A DNA stretch of 64,000 nucleotides from NCBI GenBank assembly GCA_905480425.1, contig CAJQQG010000013.1, positions 5,017-69,016 of the forward strand, given 5' to 3'. The translations under genes and the position numbers were made by a program. Shown piece after piece: positions 9,846 through 20,306 of the stretch. Under the pieces are notes generated by a model. It was not told the DNA's origin. It saw only the letters and a program-made list of their open reading frames with translations, and did no database searches. The stretch comes from an uncultured Flavobacteriaceae bacterium (lineage in GTDB: Bacteria; Bacteroidota; Bacteroidia; Flavobacteriales; Flavobacteriaceae). Numbering within the stretch: position 1 is the stretch's first letter; each line of letters begins with the position of its first letter.

Positions 9846-11669
9846 TTAATCCATGCGTTGAATTTGTACCCAATTTTTATATTGTTTATTGGAAGATAAC
9901 AATTTTTGATGATTCCCAGAGGCTATGATTTTACCTTTATCAAGTAATAAAATCACGTCTGCTTTTTTAATGGTAGAAAGTCGGTGAGCAATTACTAGTG
10001 AAGTTCGATTTTGCATTAATTTTTCAAGCGCTATTTGAACCTGTTGTTCAGCTTCTGTGTCAAGAGCTGAGGTTGCTTCATCTAAAATCAAGAAAGCAGG
10101 ATCTTTAAGCAATGCTCTTGCTATTGTAAGTCGTTGCTTTTGACCTCCTGAAAGTTTATTACCTAAATCACCAATAATAGTTTCATATTGGTTTGGAAGT
10201 TCTTTAATGAAATCATGAGCATTAGCAGCAATAGCAGCATTTTCTATTTCATCATTACTAGCATCGGGTTTTCCGATTTTCAAATTATTATAAACACTAT
10301 CATTAAATAAAATGGATTCTTGCGTTACCATACCGATGTGTTTGTAAAGACTCTTTTTTTGAATTAAATTAATGGGAATATCATCTATTGTTAGTATGCC
10401 ATTATCAACATTATAAAACCTATTAATTAAATATGTTAGTGTTGTTTTCCCACTGCCAGAAGGACCTACTAGGGCTACCATTTCACCTTTTTTTATTTCA
10501 AAAGAAATCTTATTGAGTACTGGATTTTTTTCATAACTAAAGGATACTTTATCAAACACAATACGATCTTTAAATTCAGAAAGTTTTTGAGCGTTTTTAT
10601 CATCCTCTAAATGATCTTTTACATTTAATATTTCTAAAACTCTATCAGCTGCTGCATTTCCTTTTTGAATACTATAACTAGCCTTACTAATAGATTTTGC
10701 AGGAGTAAGAATATTATAGGCTAAACCCATATATACAATAAAAGAAGTTCCAGTTATGCTTTCATCTATAAGGACCATTTTTCCTCCAAACCATAGAAGA
10801 ATACCAATGGCTGAAATACCTAAAAACTCACTTGTGGGACCTGCTAAACTTGCACGATGTAACAATTGATTTGAGAAGAGATAGAAACGATCTGTGGCTT
10901 TAAAGAATCTGTCTTTAAAATGTTCTCCTGCCGAAAAAGTTTTGATGATCTTTTGACCATTTACAGTTTCATCAATAATGGATAAAAAATCGCCTTGTTC
11001 TTCTTGTATTCTGGCTGAATGTTTTTTAAGTCTTTTTCCAATACTTGAAATCACTAAGCCTGAAATAGGGATAAAAAGTATCACAAAGAGCGTGAGCTTA
11101 AAGCTAAATAATAGCATGGCTGCTAGAGAGAAAAGAATTGTGAGGGGCTCTCTAACTAATAGTTCTAGAATTGATAAAAAAGATTGTTGAATTTCAGTTA
11201 CATCACTGGTCATTTTAGCCATTAAATCTCCTTTTCTTTTTTCATTAAAATAGGAAATAGGTAGGCTAATGATTTTAATGTATAATGCATTTCTGAGGTT
11301 TTTAAGAATTCCATTTCTCAAATAGGCAATAAAGAATAAGGCTAAGTAATTACTGATATTTTTCAATAAAAACAAGCCCAATACAAGGCTAATAACAAAA
11401 ATTAATGTTCCTTCGATGTCTTGTTCTAGTTTTGAAGAGACATAATAATTTAAACTGTCTTTCAGATACTTCTGAAGGCTTAAAATTCCCGAATAAGTTG
11501 CTGGAGTAGACTGCTTTTCGGTTGTTTTAAAAAGCACATTTAGCATAGGAATTAACGATACAAAAGAAAGCGCACTAAATAACGCGTAAAAGGCGTTGAA
11601 TAAAATATTCAAGAGTGCATAACCTTTAAAAGGAATCCCGAACTGAATTATTTTTCTGAATGGCGACAT
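9846..11669 (-). CDS. ABC exporter, fused permease/ATPase (MsbA-like)
   Basis: 607 aa with an N-terminal 6-TM domain, Walker A GPSGSGKTT, signature LSGGQKQRLTIARAL and Walker B FLILDEATSALD. Confidence 0.9.
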   Translation of the reverse strand: MSPFRKIIQFGIPFKGYALLNILFNAFYALFSALSFVSLIPMLNVLFKTTEKQSTPATYSGILSLQKYLKDSLNYYVSSKLEQDIEGTLIFVISLVLGLFLLKNISNYLALFFIAYLRNGILKNLRNALYIKIISLPISYFNEKRKGDLMAKMTSDVTEIQQSFLSILELLVREPLTILFSLAAMLLFSFKLTLFVILFIPISGLVISSIGKRLKKHSARIQEEQGDFLSIIDETVNGQKIIKTFSAGEHFKDRFFKATDRFYLFSNQLLHRASLAGPTSEFLGISAIGILLWFGGKMVLIDESITGTSFIVYMGLAYNILTPAKSISKASYSIQKGNAAADRVLEILNVKDHLEDDKNAQKLSEFKDRIVFDKVSFSYEKNPVLNKISFEIKKGEMVALVGPSGSGKTTLTYLINRFYNVDNGILTIDDIPINLIQKKSLYKHIGMVTQESILFNDSVYNNLKIGKPDASNDEIENAAIAANAHDFIKELPNQYETIIGDLGNKLSGGQKQRLTIARALLKDPAFLILDEATSALDTEAEQQVQIALEKLMQNRTSLVIAHRLSTIKKADVILLLDKGKIIASGNHQKLLSSNKQYKNWVQIQRMD

Positions 11670-13375
11670 TAGTTATTGCTTAATTCGTTTACCAAATGAT
11701 CCAATCTTTCTTCAAGAATTATCTCTTGTTCTTTCCAGGAGAGCTCATGATTGTAGTTTTCATTTACACTGAAGTAATATTTTATTTTAGGCTCTGTTCC
11801 GCTTGGACGAAATGCAATCTGAGAACCATCTTCTAATTTAAAAAGTAATACGTTTTCTTTAGGCAACAATAATTTGTGTTCTTTTTTTGAAGTCAGATCA
11901 TAAAGAATACTTGTTTGATAGTCTTCTAAAACGCTTACTTTTATACCTGCAATAATGGCTGGCGGACTATCTCGATATCGCTCCATCAAATCATTGATTT
12001 CTTGTTTTCCAGACTTTCCAGGTTTGTTAATTGAAATTAAACGTTCTTTATATACTCCATATTTTTTATAACTCTCAAGGAGTAATTGATGTAATGTTAA
12101 ATTTTTTTCTTTTGCTTCAACGGCTATTTCACAAGCTAAAAGACTGGCCGAAATAGCATCTTTGTCTCTAACAGTGTCACCAACCAAATACCCATAACTT
12201 TCTTCTCCACCACTGATAAATTTAAGTTCCGGGAAATCTTTAATCAATTTTGCAATCCATTTAAAACCAGTCAGGCATTTTTTAAATTGTATGTTATAAT
12301 GGTCAGCCATTTTCGCAATAACAGGAGTTGAAACAATTGTGCTGGCAATAAAATGATGAGGAGTTAATTCCCCTTTGGCAGCTTTTTTACTAAGTAAATA
12401 TTCTGTTAAAACTATCATTACTTCATTTCCATTTAAAAATCGCCATTCATTTTTTAAATCCCTAGCAACTACTCCAAAACGATCAGCATCTGGATCTGTT
12501 CCGATTACCAGGTCAGCATTTTTTTTATTTCCTAAGTCTATTCCCATTTTCAGGGCTTCCTTTGTTTCTGGGTTTGGTGATACAACTGTTGGAAAAGCTC
12601 CATTTGGTTTTTCTTGTTCAGAAACAACATATACATTTTGATAACCTGCTTTTTTTAAAACTTGGGGAAGTGCAGTAATTGAGGTTCCATGAATAGGGGT
12701 GAAGACCAGTCTGAATTTATCTTTTGAGAGTTCATGCATTTTTGCAACTGCCAATACTGTTTTATGATATGCTTCATCAATTTCATTATCGATATAGTTA
12801 AGAAGGCTGTCATTACCTTTAAAAAAAATTTCTTTAAAAGAGGTTTTTTGTATTTCTTTAATTATTTCAGAATCTTGAGGTGGCACTAATTGGCCACCAT
12901 CTTTTCCATAGACTTTATATCCATTGTATTCTGGTGGATTATGAGATGCTGTAATTACAATACCACAATGCGTGTTTAGGTGGCGCACCGCAAAAGAAAG
13001 TTCCGGGGTGGGACGCAAATCACTAAACAAAAAACATTGAATACCATTGGCTGTAAAAACATCAGCAACTACTTTCGCTAGTTGCTTACTATGGTGCCTA
13101 GAATCGAATGCAATAACGGTTTTTATAGTCTCTGCTGGGTATTTTTTTAGTAGATACCTTGAAAGTCCTTGTGTACTTTTACCTAAAGTATATTTATTTA
13201 TTCTGTTTGTACCTACTCCCATTATTCCACGCATACCACCAGTTCCAAAATCTAGATCCTTATAAAATGCATCTTCAAGCTCCTTTGGATATTGTTGCAT
13301 AGCTTTAACTTTTGAATGAATTTCTTCATCAAAAGGAGTTTTTAGCCATGGATTAATGCGATCTTCTATGTTCAT
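11669..13375 (-). CDS. phosphoglucomutase/phosphomannomutase-family phospho-sugar mutase
   Basis: Active-site TASHNPPEYNGYKV, metal loop GTDPDADR and sugar loop GGEESYG. Confidence 0.9.
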   Translation of the reverse strand: MNIEDRINPWLKTPFDEEIHSKVKAMQQYPKELEDAFYKDLDFGTGGMRGIMGVGTNRINKYTLGKSTQGLSRYLLKKYPAETIKTVIAFDSRHHSKQLAKVVADVFTANGIQCFLFSDLRPTPELSFAVRHLNTHCGIVITASHNPPEYNGYKVYGKDGGQLVPPQDSEIIKEIQKTSFKEIFFKGNDSLLNYIDNEIDEAYHKTVLAVAKMHELSKDKFRLVFTPIHGTSITALPQVLKKAGYQNVYVVSEQEKPNGAFPTVVSPNPETKEALKMGIDLGNKKNADLVIGTDPDADRFGVVARDLKNEWRFLNGNEVMIVLTEYLLSKKAAKGELTPHHFIASTIVSTPVIAKMADHYNIQFKKCLTGFKWIAKLIKDFPELKFISGGEESYGYLVGDTVRDKDAISASLLACEIAVEAKEKNLTLHQLLLESYKKYGVYKERLISINKPGKSGKQEINDLMERYRDSPPAIIAGIKVSVLEDYQTSILYDLTSKKEHKLLLPKENVLLFKLEDGSQIAFRPSGTEPKIKYYFSVNENYNHELSWKEQEIILEERLDHLVNELSNN

Positions 13376-13377
13376 GC

Positions 13378-14343
13378 TTAAAGAGTTTGCTCTTTTATCA
13401 TGTAGCGCTTAGTTGATCTTTGGTTTCTTAAAATGATTTCACCTAAAAAACCAGCAATAAAAAATTGACTTCCTAAAAGCATTAAAGTTAGGGCTACATA
13501 AAACTCAGGTCGCTCTGTTATTAGTCTTGCTTCTGTGTTTAATAAAAGCTTATCAATGCCAAGGTATACTGTGAAACCAAAGCCTAAAAGAAGCATTAGC
13601 GTTCCCCAAAGACCAAAAAAATGCATCGGTTGTTTCCCAAAACGGTTAATAAACCAAAGTGTTATTAAATCTAAAAACCCCTTAAAAAACCTGTCAGCTC
13701 CGAATTTAGTAGTACCAAATTGTCTTGCTTGGTGCTTTACAATTTGTTCTCCGATCTTATTAAATCCCTCATGTGCAGCAAGTACAGGAATGTATCGGTG
13801 CATTTCTCCATGAACATCAATGGTCTTAATAACTTCTTTTGTGTATGCTTTCAATCCACAATTAAAATCATGAAGATCAATACCTGACACTTTTCTAGCT
13901 GCCCAATTAAATAGTTTTGATGGGATGTTTTTAAACAGTATGGAATCATATCGTTTTTTTTTCCATCCAGAAATTAAATCAAGTTTTTGATTACTTAATG
14001 CATCAACTAACCTTGGAATTTCTTCTGGAGAATCTTGTAAGTCTGCATCTAAAGTAACAATATGATTTCCTTTTGCAATTGCAAAGCCCGCATGTAAGGC
14101 CTGAGATTTCCCGTAATTTTTAAAAAACTTAATGCCAAACACATTTAAATGTTTTTTAGTAAGTTTACTAATTATATTCCATGAATTATCACTACTTCCG
14201 TCATCAATAAATATGACTTCATAAGTACGACTATCTTTATTGAAAACATCCAAAATCCACTTATGCAATGGCAGTAAAGATTCTTCTTCATTAAGTAAGG
14301 GAATGATAAGTGAAATATCTGGTGTGTTTTGCATAACAAACAA
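13378..14343 (-). CDS. family 2 glycosyltransferase (polyprenyl-phosphate sugar transferase-like) with C-terminal TM helices
   Basis: GT2 motifs: SLIIPLLNEE, IFIDDGSSD, TLDADLQD. The C-terminus is hydrophobic. An alternative start is at 14334. Confidence 0.85.
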   Translation of the reverse strand: MFVMQNTPDISLIIPLLNEEESLLPLHKWILDVFNKDSRTYEVIFIDDGSSDNSWNIISKLTKKHLNVFGIKFFKNYGKSQALHAGFAIAKGNHIVTLDADLQDSPEEIPRLVDALSNQKLDLISGWKKKRYDSILFKNIPSKLFNWAARKVSGIDLHDFNCGLKAYTKEVIKTIDVHGEMHRYIPVLAAHEGFNKIGEQIVKHQARQFGTTKFGADRFFKGFLDLITLWFINRFGKQPMHFFGLWGTLMLLLGFGFTVYLGIDKLLLNTEARLITERPEFYVALTLMLLGSQFFIAGFLGEIILRNQRSTKRYMIKEQTL

Positions 14344-14359
14344 AACTACAAAATTTGCT

Positions 14360-14884
14360 TTATTCTGGTCTTGATTTTTTCACTATTAGTCCTCCGATTA
14401 GTGAGATTATAAAACCAATAAAAAGAGCTCCTATAAGCTGAAACGCTGAACTAATCATTGGATTTGAAAATTTTTCAGACATTTCTCTAGCAGTATCAAT
14501 TGCATCTTGTGGCATTTCAGGGTTTTCTGCACGCATTTTGTCAAACGTAAAATCCAATGTTTTTTGCATAGTGTCAGGATCTAAAACATTAGTAAGGATT
14601 AGTGAATATACTATTCCAATTAAAGCTGATATTAAAGAAATCCCTAAACCAATTTTTATAGCTTCCGATAAAGAGAGAAATCCTTCATTTATTTTCTTAA
14701 ATTGTATAAATGCAAATAGTAACAAACCTGTCATAATAAGAAGAGATACTATTCCAACCGCTGGAGGTTGTTGGTAATGCATGTTTAGAAAGAAAAGCAT
14801 AAGCTGAAATACTATTGAAATACCACCTAATATAACACCATAGGTTATCATGGTTGACTTTATAGAATTAGTTTGGGTTTGCAT
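14360..14884 (-). CDS. small multi-pass membrane protein, DUF4199-like (family recalled from memory)
   Basis: 174 aa with about 4 hydrophobic segments. This is a common Bacteroidota neighbour of GT2 genes. Confidence 0.55.
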   Translation of the reverse strand: MQTQTNSIKSTMITYGVILGGISIVFQLMLFFLNMHYQQPPAVGIVSLLIMTGLLLFAFIQFKKINEGFLSLSEAIKIGLGISLISALIGIVYSLILTNVLDPDTMQKTLDFTFDKMRAENPEMPQDAIDTAREMSEKFSNPMISSAFQLIGALFIGFIISLIGGLIVKKSRPE

Positions 14885-14965
14885 ATTGACAATTATTTTA
14901 TGGTTAATTTAGTTACAAATTAAAAAAAAACTATTGAGTTAGTGGGGTTTTAAAAAAAATAAATT

Positions 14966-14973
14966 TAAATTTG
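14966..14973 (+). promoter_or_regulatory. Bacteroidota-type -7 box TAAATTTG (TAnnTTTG) upstream of rpmE
   Basis: Motif read from the sequence 18 nt upstream of ATG 14991. No well-spaced -33 TTG was seen. Confidence 0.35.
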
Positions 14974-14990
14974 CATCCGATTTAAGAATT

Positions 14991-15248
14991 ATGAAAGCAG
15001 AAATCCATCCAGATAATTATCGATTAGTTGCCTTTAAAGACATGTCAAACAACGATGTTTTTATTACTAAGTCTACGGTAAATTCAAAAGAAACTATTGA
15101 TTTTGAAGGATCTGAATATCCGTTGATCAAATTAGAGATCTCTAGAACCTCGCACCCTTTTTACACTGGAAAATCTAAATTAGTAGATACAGCCGGTAGA
15201 ATTGATAAATTCAAGACTAAATACGCTAAATTCAAGAAAGAAGATTAA
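14991..15248 (+). CDS. rpmE: 50S ribosomal protein L31 (type B, no CxxC zinc motif)
   Basis: MKAEIHPDNY...SHPFYTGK...VDTAGRIDKF, the canonical L31 sequence. Confidence 0.95.
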   Translation: MKAEIHPDNYRLVAFKDMSNNDVFITKSTVNSKETIDFEGSEYPLIKLEISRTSHPFYTGKSKLVDTAGRIDKFKTKYAKFKKED

Positions 15249-15267
15249 TCTTTTTTTAACAATATTT

Positions 15268-15293
15268 AAAAGTCGTTTTTAACGACTTTTTTT
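15268..15293. terminator. bidirectional rho-independent terminator
   Basis: AAAAGTCGTT-ttt-AACGACTTTT hairpin flanked by an A-run and a T-run, between the convergent rpmE (+) and SBP (-) genes. Confidence 0.75.
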
Positions 15294-15297
15294 ATGC

Positions 15298-16905
15298 TTA
15301 ATTTTTCGATACTGTCTTGAGAACTAATAAGTTAATTGGATTTATTTCCATTCCTGTGACATCTTTTTGTAAAAAACGAATTACTTGATCATAGTAAAGT
15401 GGAATAATAGGGAATTCCTTCATCGCCAATGCATCCATTTCACGATATTTTTCATAGCGCAATGAATTTGAAACTGTGCTTAATGCTTCTAGATATAGTT
15501 CATCATATGTAGGATTTTTGAAGTGAGTATAATTGGGTCCGTTAGGAGAGAAGTTTTTACTGTTAAAGAGGGATAAATAGTTTTCGGCATCTGGATAATC
15601 AGCAATCCAGCTGGCTCTAAATAATTCTAATTTACCAGATGATTTTGCTTGTCTTAAACTAGCCGAAGGCATAACCTCAATTTTTAAATCAATACCAATT
15701 TTTTGTAACTCTTGTTGAAGGTATTCACATAAATCAAGATAATTGGCATCTGTGGATAAAGTTATCGAGGGTTTATCCTTATTTTCTAGTTGATAATCAT
15801 GAACAAGTTTTTTTGCTTTGACAACATTAAAAGGACTTGGTTCTAAACTTCTTCCTTGAAGTCCTTTAGGAATAAATCCTTTGTTTGCAGGATATCCAAT
15901 ATTATTTCTCAAATAAGCGATCATTAATTTTCGATCAAAGCCAATGTTTATTGCTTCACGTATTTTTTTAGATTGAATAGCTGGGTTCGAACTTTCAAGA
16001 TAAAAGCCTATGTATTCTGTATTCAAATAAGGGCCTTTAAGCATTGTTAATTGTTCTTCATATTTTGGTTGAAGTTCGCCAATAGGGGTAAGTAATTCGT
16101 CTTTATATGATGAATCTAGCGAATTGATGAAGTCTAATTTACCTTGTAGAAATAACATGAATTCACTTTGGATATCTGGAATAAATTGAATGGCAACTGA
16201 TTCTAAATACGGGAGTCTTTCTCCTTGGGAATCAAATTCAAAATAAGTTGGATTTTTACGAAGTACCAGTTTAACGTTTTCATCCCAACGTTTTAAGTAA
16301 AAAGGACCTGTTCCAATAGGGTTACTTCTAAAGTTTGTGCCAAAATACTCAACAACTTCTTTTGGCACTACAGCACAATAACGCATACTTAATAGACCTA
16401 GAAATGCTGGGAAAGGTTTTTTTAATTTTATTAAAAGAGAAAATTCATCTAGAGCTTTATATTCTTTAACTTGATGAAGTACCCAGCTTCCTGGTGAGGC
16501 TAGTTTAGGATCAGAAAGTCTATTAAAACTATAAATAAAATCACTAGCCTTAACCTTACGTGTTCGGTTTTTACCAAAAACAGGAGATTCATGAAAATAC
16601 ACATCTTTTCTTAGATAAAAAATATATGTTAGACCATCTGGACTAATCTTCCAGGAAGTTGCGAGTTCAGACTTAATGTTGAGGTCATTGTCCAATTGAA
16701 CCAGACCATTAAATAGTTGATTTATAGGCCAGATATTTTGAGGATTTCTTGCAAAGGCAGGATCTAATGATGTAACATTTCTGTGTTCATTGTATCGAAA
16801 CACTTTTTTTGTATTTAGATCAATATTGTCGTTACAAGCATTAAAAAACAATACTATGAATATAAAAAAAGAAATTATATAAGCGAAATGACGGCCTGTA
16901 ATCAT
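15298..16905 (-). CDS. ABC-transporter family 5 (peptide/nickel-type) substrate-binding protein, orphan
   Basis: 535 aa with an N-terminal signal/lipobox (FFNAC) and SBP_bac_5-like core sequences (LATSWKISPDGLTYIFYLRKDVYFH, GTGPFYLKRW). Confidence 0.8.
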   Translation of the reverse strand: MITGRHFAYIISFFIFIVLFFNACNDNIDLNTKKVFRYNEHRNVTSLDPAFARNPQNIWPINQLFNGLVQLDNDLNIKSELATSWKISPDGLTYIFYLRKDVYFHESPVFGKNRTRKVKASDFIYSFNRLSDPKLASPGSWVLHQVKEYKALDEFSLLIKLKKPFPAFLGLLSMRYCAVVPKEVVEYFGTNFRSNPIGTGPFYLKRWDENVKLVLRKNPTYFEFDSQGERLPYLESVAIQFIPDIQSEFMLFLQGKLDFINSLDSSYKDELLTPIGELQPKYEEQLTMLKGPYLNTEYIGFYLESSNPAIQSKKIREAINIGFDRKLMIAYLRNNIGYPANKGFIPKGLQGRSLEPSPFNVVKAKKLVHDYQLENKDKPSITLSTDANYLDLCEYLQQELQKIGIDLKIEVMPSASLRQAKSSGKLELFRASWIADYPDAENYLSLFNSKNFSPNGPNYTHFKNPTYDELYLEALSTVSNSLRYEKYREMDALAMKEFPIIPLYYDQVIRFLQKDVTGMEINPINLLVLKTVSKN

Positions 16906-16919
16906 GAATAATTTGTTGG

Positions 16920-16927
16920 TATATTTG
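16920..16927 (+). promoter_or_regulatory. Bacteroidota-type -7 box TATATTTG upstream of mtaB
   Basis: Motif read from the sequence 23 nt upstream of ATG 16951. Confidence 0.35.
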
Positions 16928-16950
16928 TAATAAAATTACAGTTTATTATT

Positions 16951-18297
16951 ATGGAAAACATCCTTACATCTGTAAAAAATAAAACTGAAGCTTTGCCTCG
17001 TGTAGCGTTTCATACTTTGGGATGTAAGCTTAACTATTCTGAGACAGCTACTATCGCTAGGGACTTCGATTCGCAAAATTTTCAAAGAGTTGATTTTGAT
17101 AGCCCTGCTGAAGTTTATGTAATTAACACCTGTTCTGTAACAGAAAATGCTGACAAGCGATTAAAGGATATTGTGAAGAAAGCTCTAAAACTAAATTCTA
17201 AAGGTTTTATTGCTGCTATTGGATGTTATGCTCAATTACAGCCAGAAGAGATTTCTAAATTAGATGGAGTTGATCTAGTGCTAGGAGCTAATGAAAAATT
17301 TAAGCTTATTGAATATGTTGAGGATCTTTCTAAAAACGAAGAGGCTAAAATATATTCTTGTGAAATTGAAACAGCAAATCATTTTGAAAGTAGTTTTTCT
17401 TTAAACGATCGTACCAGAGCTTTTTTGAAAATCCAAGATGGTTGTGACTATAAATGTACGTATTGTACCATTCCTCAAGCTCGTGGAATTTCTCGGAGTG
17501 ATTCCCTAGAAAATGTTATTGCTAATGCCAAGGTAATAGCTGCTTCCGGTATTAATGAAATTGTACTTACTGGAGTAAATATTGGTGATTATGGCAAAGG
17601 AGAACAGGGGAACAAGAAACATGAACATACTTTTTTAGATCTAATTTCAGTTTTAGATAAAGTAAATTTAATTGATCGAATAAGAATATCATCCATAGAG
17701 CCCAATTTGCTTAGTAATGAAATGATTCGATTTGTAGCTCGAAGTAATAAATTTGTCCCTCATTTTCACATACCCCTTCAAAGTGGCAGCGATAAAATTT
17801 TAAAAAGTATGAGGCGTCGTTACATGACCTCCCTGTATGTCGAGCGCGTCACAACTATTAAAAAAACAATGCCACATGCTTGTATTGGGGTAGATATAAT
17901 TGTAGGTTATCCTGGTGAAACTGACGAAGATTTTTTAACATCTTATTATTTTTTAACAACTTTAGATGTTTCATATTTACACGTCTTCTCCTATTCAGAA
18001 AGACCTAATACTGAAGCAATTTCTATAGAAGGAGTTGTGCCGATACTAGTGAGAAGTAAAAGGAGTAAAATGATGCGTGCTTTATCCGTTAAGAAACGAC
18101 GCGCTTTTTATGAATCTCAGTTAGGAAAAAAATACACGATTTTATTTGAAGGGGAAAATAAAAAAGGGTATGTCACAGGATTTACTGAAAACTATATAAA
18201 AGTCCGAGCACCGTGGAATCCAAAATTGGTAAACACGTTTCAGGTTGTCACTTTAGAAAAGATAGATGAGGAAGGATATGTCCGTTTTACTTTATAG
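16951..18297 (+). CDS. mtaB: tRNA (t6A37) methylthiotransferase MtaB (radical SAM)
   Basis: UPF0004 N-terminal domain (FHTLGCKLNYSE...INTCSVT), radical-SAM CDYKCTYC and a C-terminal TRAM-like region. Confidence 0.85.
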   Translation: MENILTSVKNKTEALPRVAFHTLGCKLNYSETATIARDFDSQNFQRVDFDSPAEVYVINTCSVTENADKRLKDIVKKALKLNSKGFIAAIGCYAQLQPEEISKLDGVDLVLGANEKFKLIEYVEDLSKNEEAKIYSCEIETANHFESSFSLNDRTRAFLKIQDGCDYKCTYCTIPQARGISRSDSLENVIANAKVIAASGINEIVLTGVNIGDYGKGEQGNKKHEHTFLDLISVLDKVNLIDRIRISSIEPNLLSNEMIRFVARSNKFVPHFHIPLQSGSDKILKSMRRRYMTSLYVERVTTIKKTMPHACIGVDIIVGYPGETDEDFLTSYYFLTTLDVSYLHVFSYSERPNTEAISIEGVVPILVRSKRSKMMRALSVKKRRAFYESQLGKKYTILFEGENKKGYVTGFTENYIKVRAPWNPKLVNTFQVVTLEKIDEEGYVRFTL

Positions 18298-18299
18298 AA

Positions 18300-18593
18300 T
18301 TAAAGTTTAATTCCTACGGGGAGTAATTTTTTGAATCGTCTGTTTCTTCGAACAAAACTTGCAATTTTCGGAGAGGTAGGAACAACTCTAAGATTTTTAT
18401 TTTCAATAAACTCGAGTACTTTAATAATAAAAGCTTCTTCAAATTCTTGATTTTGTATTTCTTCGGGGATTGATAATTTTGTAAGAAAAATTTTTCTTTC
18501 TTGTTCAGAATATTCAATACGAGCTAATTTTTGTTCAATTTTAATCTCAAATTGTCTTAAAAACTCATTGTTAACCAAAGTAAGCTCATTCAT
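18300..18593 (-). CDS. small GNAT-like (YjdJ-type) N-acetyltransferase-fold protein
   Basis: 97 aa; the pattern ..FEIKIEQKLARIEYSEQERKIFLTKLSIPEE...VVPTSPKIASFV resembles the short Acetyltransf_CG family (from memory). Confidence 0.5.
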   Translation of the reverse strand: MNELTLVNNEFLRQFEIKIEQKLARIEYSEQERKIFLTKLSIPEEIQNQEFEEAFIIKVLEFIENKNLRVVPTSPKIASFVRRNRRFKKLLPVGIKL

Positions 18594-18706
18594 GATAGGA
18601 AGAATTAGTTAAGGTCTAGAATATATGATAGTTTAGTATTAATATTCCAAGAAGATCACAAAAATACAATATTTTAAGATCAACCACTTTAAAATAATGA
18701 TCAAAT

Positions 18707-19363
18707 ATGAAAATAGTTAATCTTTATTGTATGCCAGGGATGGCAGCAAGCCCCAAAATCTTCGAATTCATTAGTTTACCTAAACCTATTAAAATTCATT
18801 TACTAAGCTGGATACCCCCATTAAAAGATGAGCCGTTAACTGATTATGCTATTCGAATGTGTGAGCGTGTTACTCAAACTAATCCTATTTTATTAGGAGT
18901 TTCATTTGGTGGGGTATTGGTTCAGGAAATGTCAAAATACCTTCCTGGTTGTCAAGTTGTAATTGTTTCAAGCATTAAGTCGAAAGATGAATTACCATTG
19001 TCAATGAAAATGGCAAAAAAAACAAATGCACATAAATTATTACCAATGCAGTGGATAAATAATTTGGACAATTTATCTCTTTTTGTTTTCGGTGAAGGGA
19101 TTCAAAAACGTTTAGCACTTTATCAGAAATATTTATCAGAGCGAAATCCAGACTATTTAAGTTGGGCTATAGACTCTTTAGTGAATTGGGATAAAACTGA
19201 GATATCAAATAACATCATTCATATTCATGGGGAAAAGGATACTGTTTTTCCAATTAAAAATTTATCTCATCCCTTTATAAAAATAAAAGGAGGGCATGCT
19301 GCAATTATTACTCAAGCGCATTGGTTTAACAAAGAATTATCAAAGATTTTACTTAAAGATTAA
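18707..19363 (+). CDS. alpha/beta hydrolase
   Basis: 218 aa with a nucleophile elbow GVSFGG and a C-terminal HGEKD...GGH pattern. Confidence 0.65.
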   Translation: MKIVNLYCMPGMAASPKIFEFISLPKPIKIHLLSWIPPLKDEPLTDYAIRMCERVTQTNPILLGVSFGGVLVQEMSKYLPGCQVVIVSSIKSKDELPLSMKMAKKTNAHKLLPMQWINNLDNLSLFVFGEGIQKRLALYQKYLSERNPDYLSWAIDSLVNWDKTEISNNIIHIHGEKDTVFPIKNLSHPFIKIKGGHAAIITQAHWFNKELSKILLKD

Positions 19364-19397
19364 GTAAATTGTAAAACTAATTTATAAAACTATTTCA

Positions 19398-20306
19398 ATG
19401 AAGTTTAGATCGATTTACCTTTTAACTTTTTCATTTTGTTTTCTAAGTGCTACACAAATCCATTCTGATAGGTTTACTGCTTTTAAAGATAATGACGAGG
19501 GACAAGCATCAAAAGTATATGCATTAAAATTACCTGAAATCATAGATTTTGCTGGTGAAATAGTTCCAATAGAATTTCCAGATATAAAAGAACGATTTGA
19601 TAAAGAGCTTTTAGTGAATACTTATTGGCAATCGAATATGTTGTTGCTGTTGAAACGAGCAAATAAATATTTTCCCTTAATAGAAAAGATATTAGAAGAA
19701 GAGGGTATCCCGGATGATTTTAAATATTTAGCTGTTATTGAAAGTGCCCTGGAAAATGCGAGATCTCCCAAAGGTGCTAAAGGTTTTTGGCAGATAATGC
19801 CTAATACAGGACGTGAATATGGTCTTGAAGTTAATGCAAATGTTGACGAGCGCTACCATCTTGAAAAATCAACAAGAGTGGCCTCTAGTTATCTTATCAA
19901 GGCCAAAAAACGCCTAGGGTCGTGGACTCTAGCCGCTGCTTCTTACAATAGGGGAATGTCTGGCATCAGTCATTTATTAAAGAAACAATTGGCAGATAAT
20001 TATTATGATTTATTATTAAATAATGAAACAAACCGCTATATATTTAGAATTTTAGCAGTTAAAGAAATCATGTCACATCCAGATCGTTATGGGTTTGTTT
20101 TTTCAAAAGAAGATCTATATAGACCCATTCCATTGAGAAAAATTGGATTGGATACTGCCATTGGAAATTTAGCGGCTTTTTCTAAGGCGCAAAAAATAAA
20201 TTATAAAATATTAAAAACTCATAATAAATGGTTAATTGAAAATCACCTGAACAATAGGTCTAGGAAATTTTATGAGATTTCAATTCCAGAAGAGAGTTAC
20301 TACTAA
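19398..20306 (+). CDS. lytic transglycosylase (SLT domain) protein
   Basis: Signal peptide and an SLT catalytic region (AVIESALENARSPKGAKGFWQIMP...AAASYNRG). Confidence 0.8.
   Translation: MKFRSIYLLTFSFCFLSATQIHSDRFTAFKDNDEGQASKVYALKLPEIIDFAGEIVPIEFPDIKERFDKELLVNTYWQSNMLLLLKRANKYFPLIEKILEEEGIPDDFKYLAVIESALENARSPKGAKGFWQIMPNTGREYGLEVNANVDERYHLEKSTRVASSYLIKAKKRLGSWTLAAASYNRGMSGISHLLKKQLADNYYDLLLNNETNRYIFRILAVKEIMSHPDRYGFVFSKEDLYRPIPLRKIGLDTAIGNLAAFSKAQKINYKILKTHNKWLIENHLNNRSRKFYEISIPEESYY

Noticed and set aside
14991-15248. L31 lacking the CxxC motif, considered as a zinc-starvation paralog (rpmE2).
   Set aside because: No second L31 copy or Zur-type operator is visible. I believe Cys-less L31 is the standard form in many Bacteroidota, so it is probably the housekeeping copy.
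20303-20306. A 4-nt tail-to-tail overlap of the stop codons of the SLT gene (+) and the TPR membrane protein gene (-), leaving no room for terminators.
   Set aside because: This is a real observation, but it is common in compact genomes and gives no evidence of antisense regulation.
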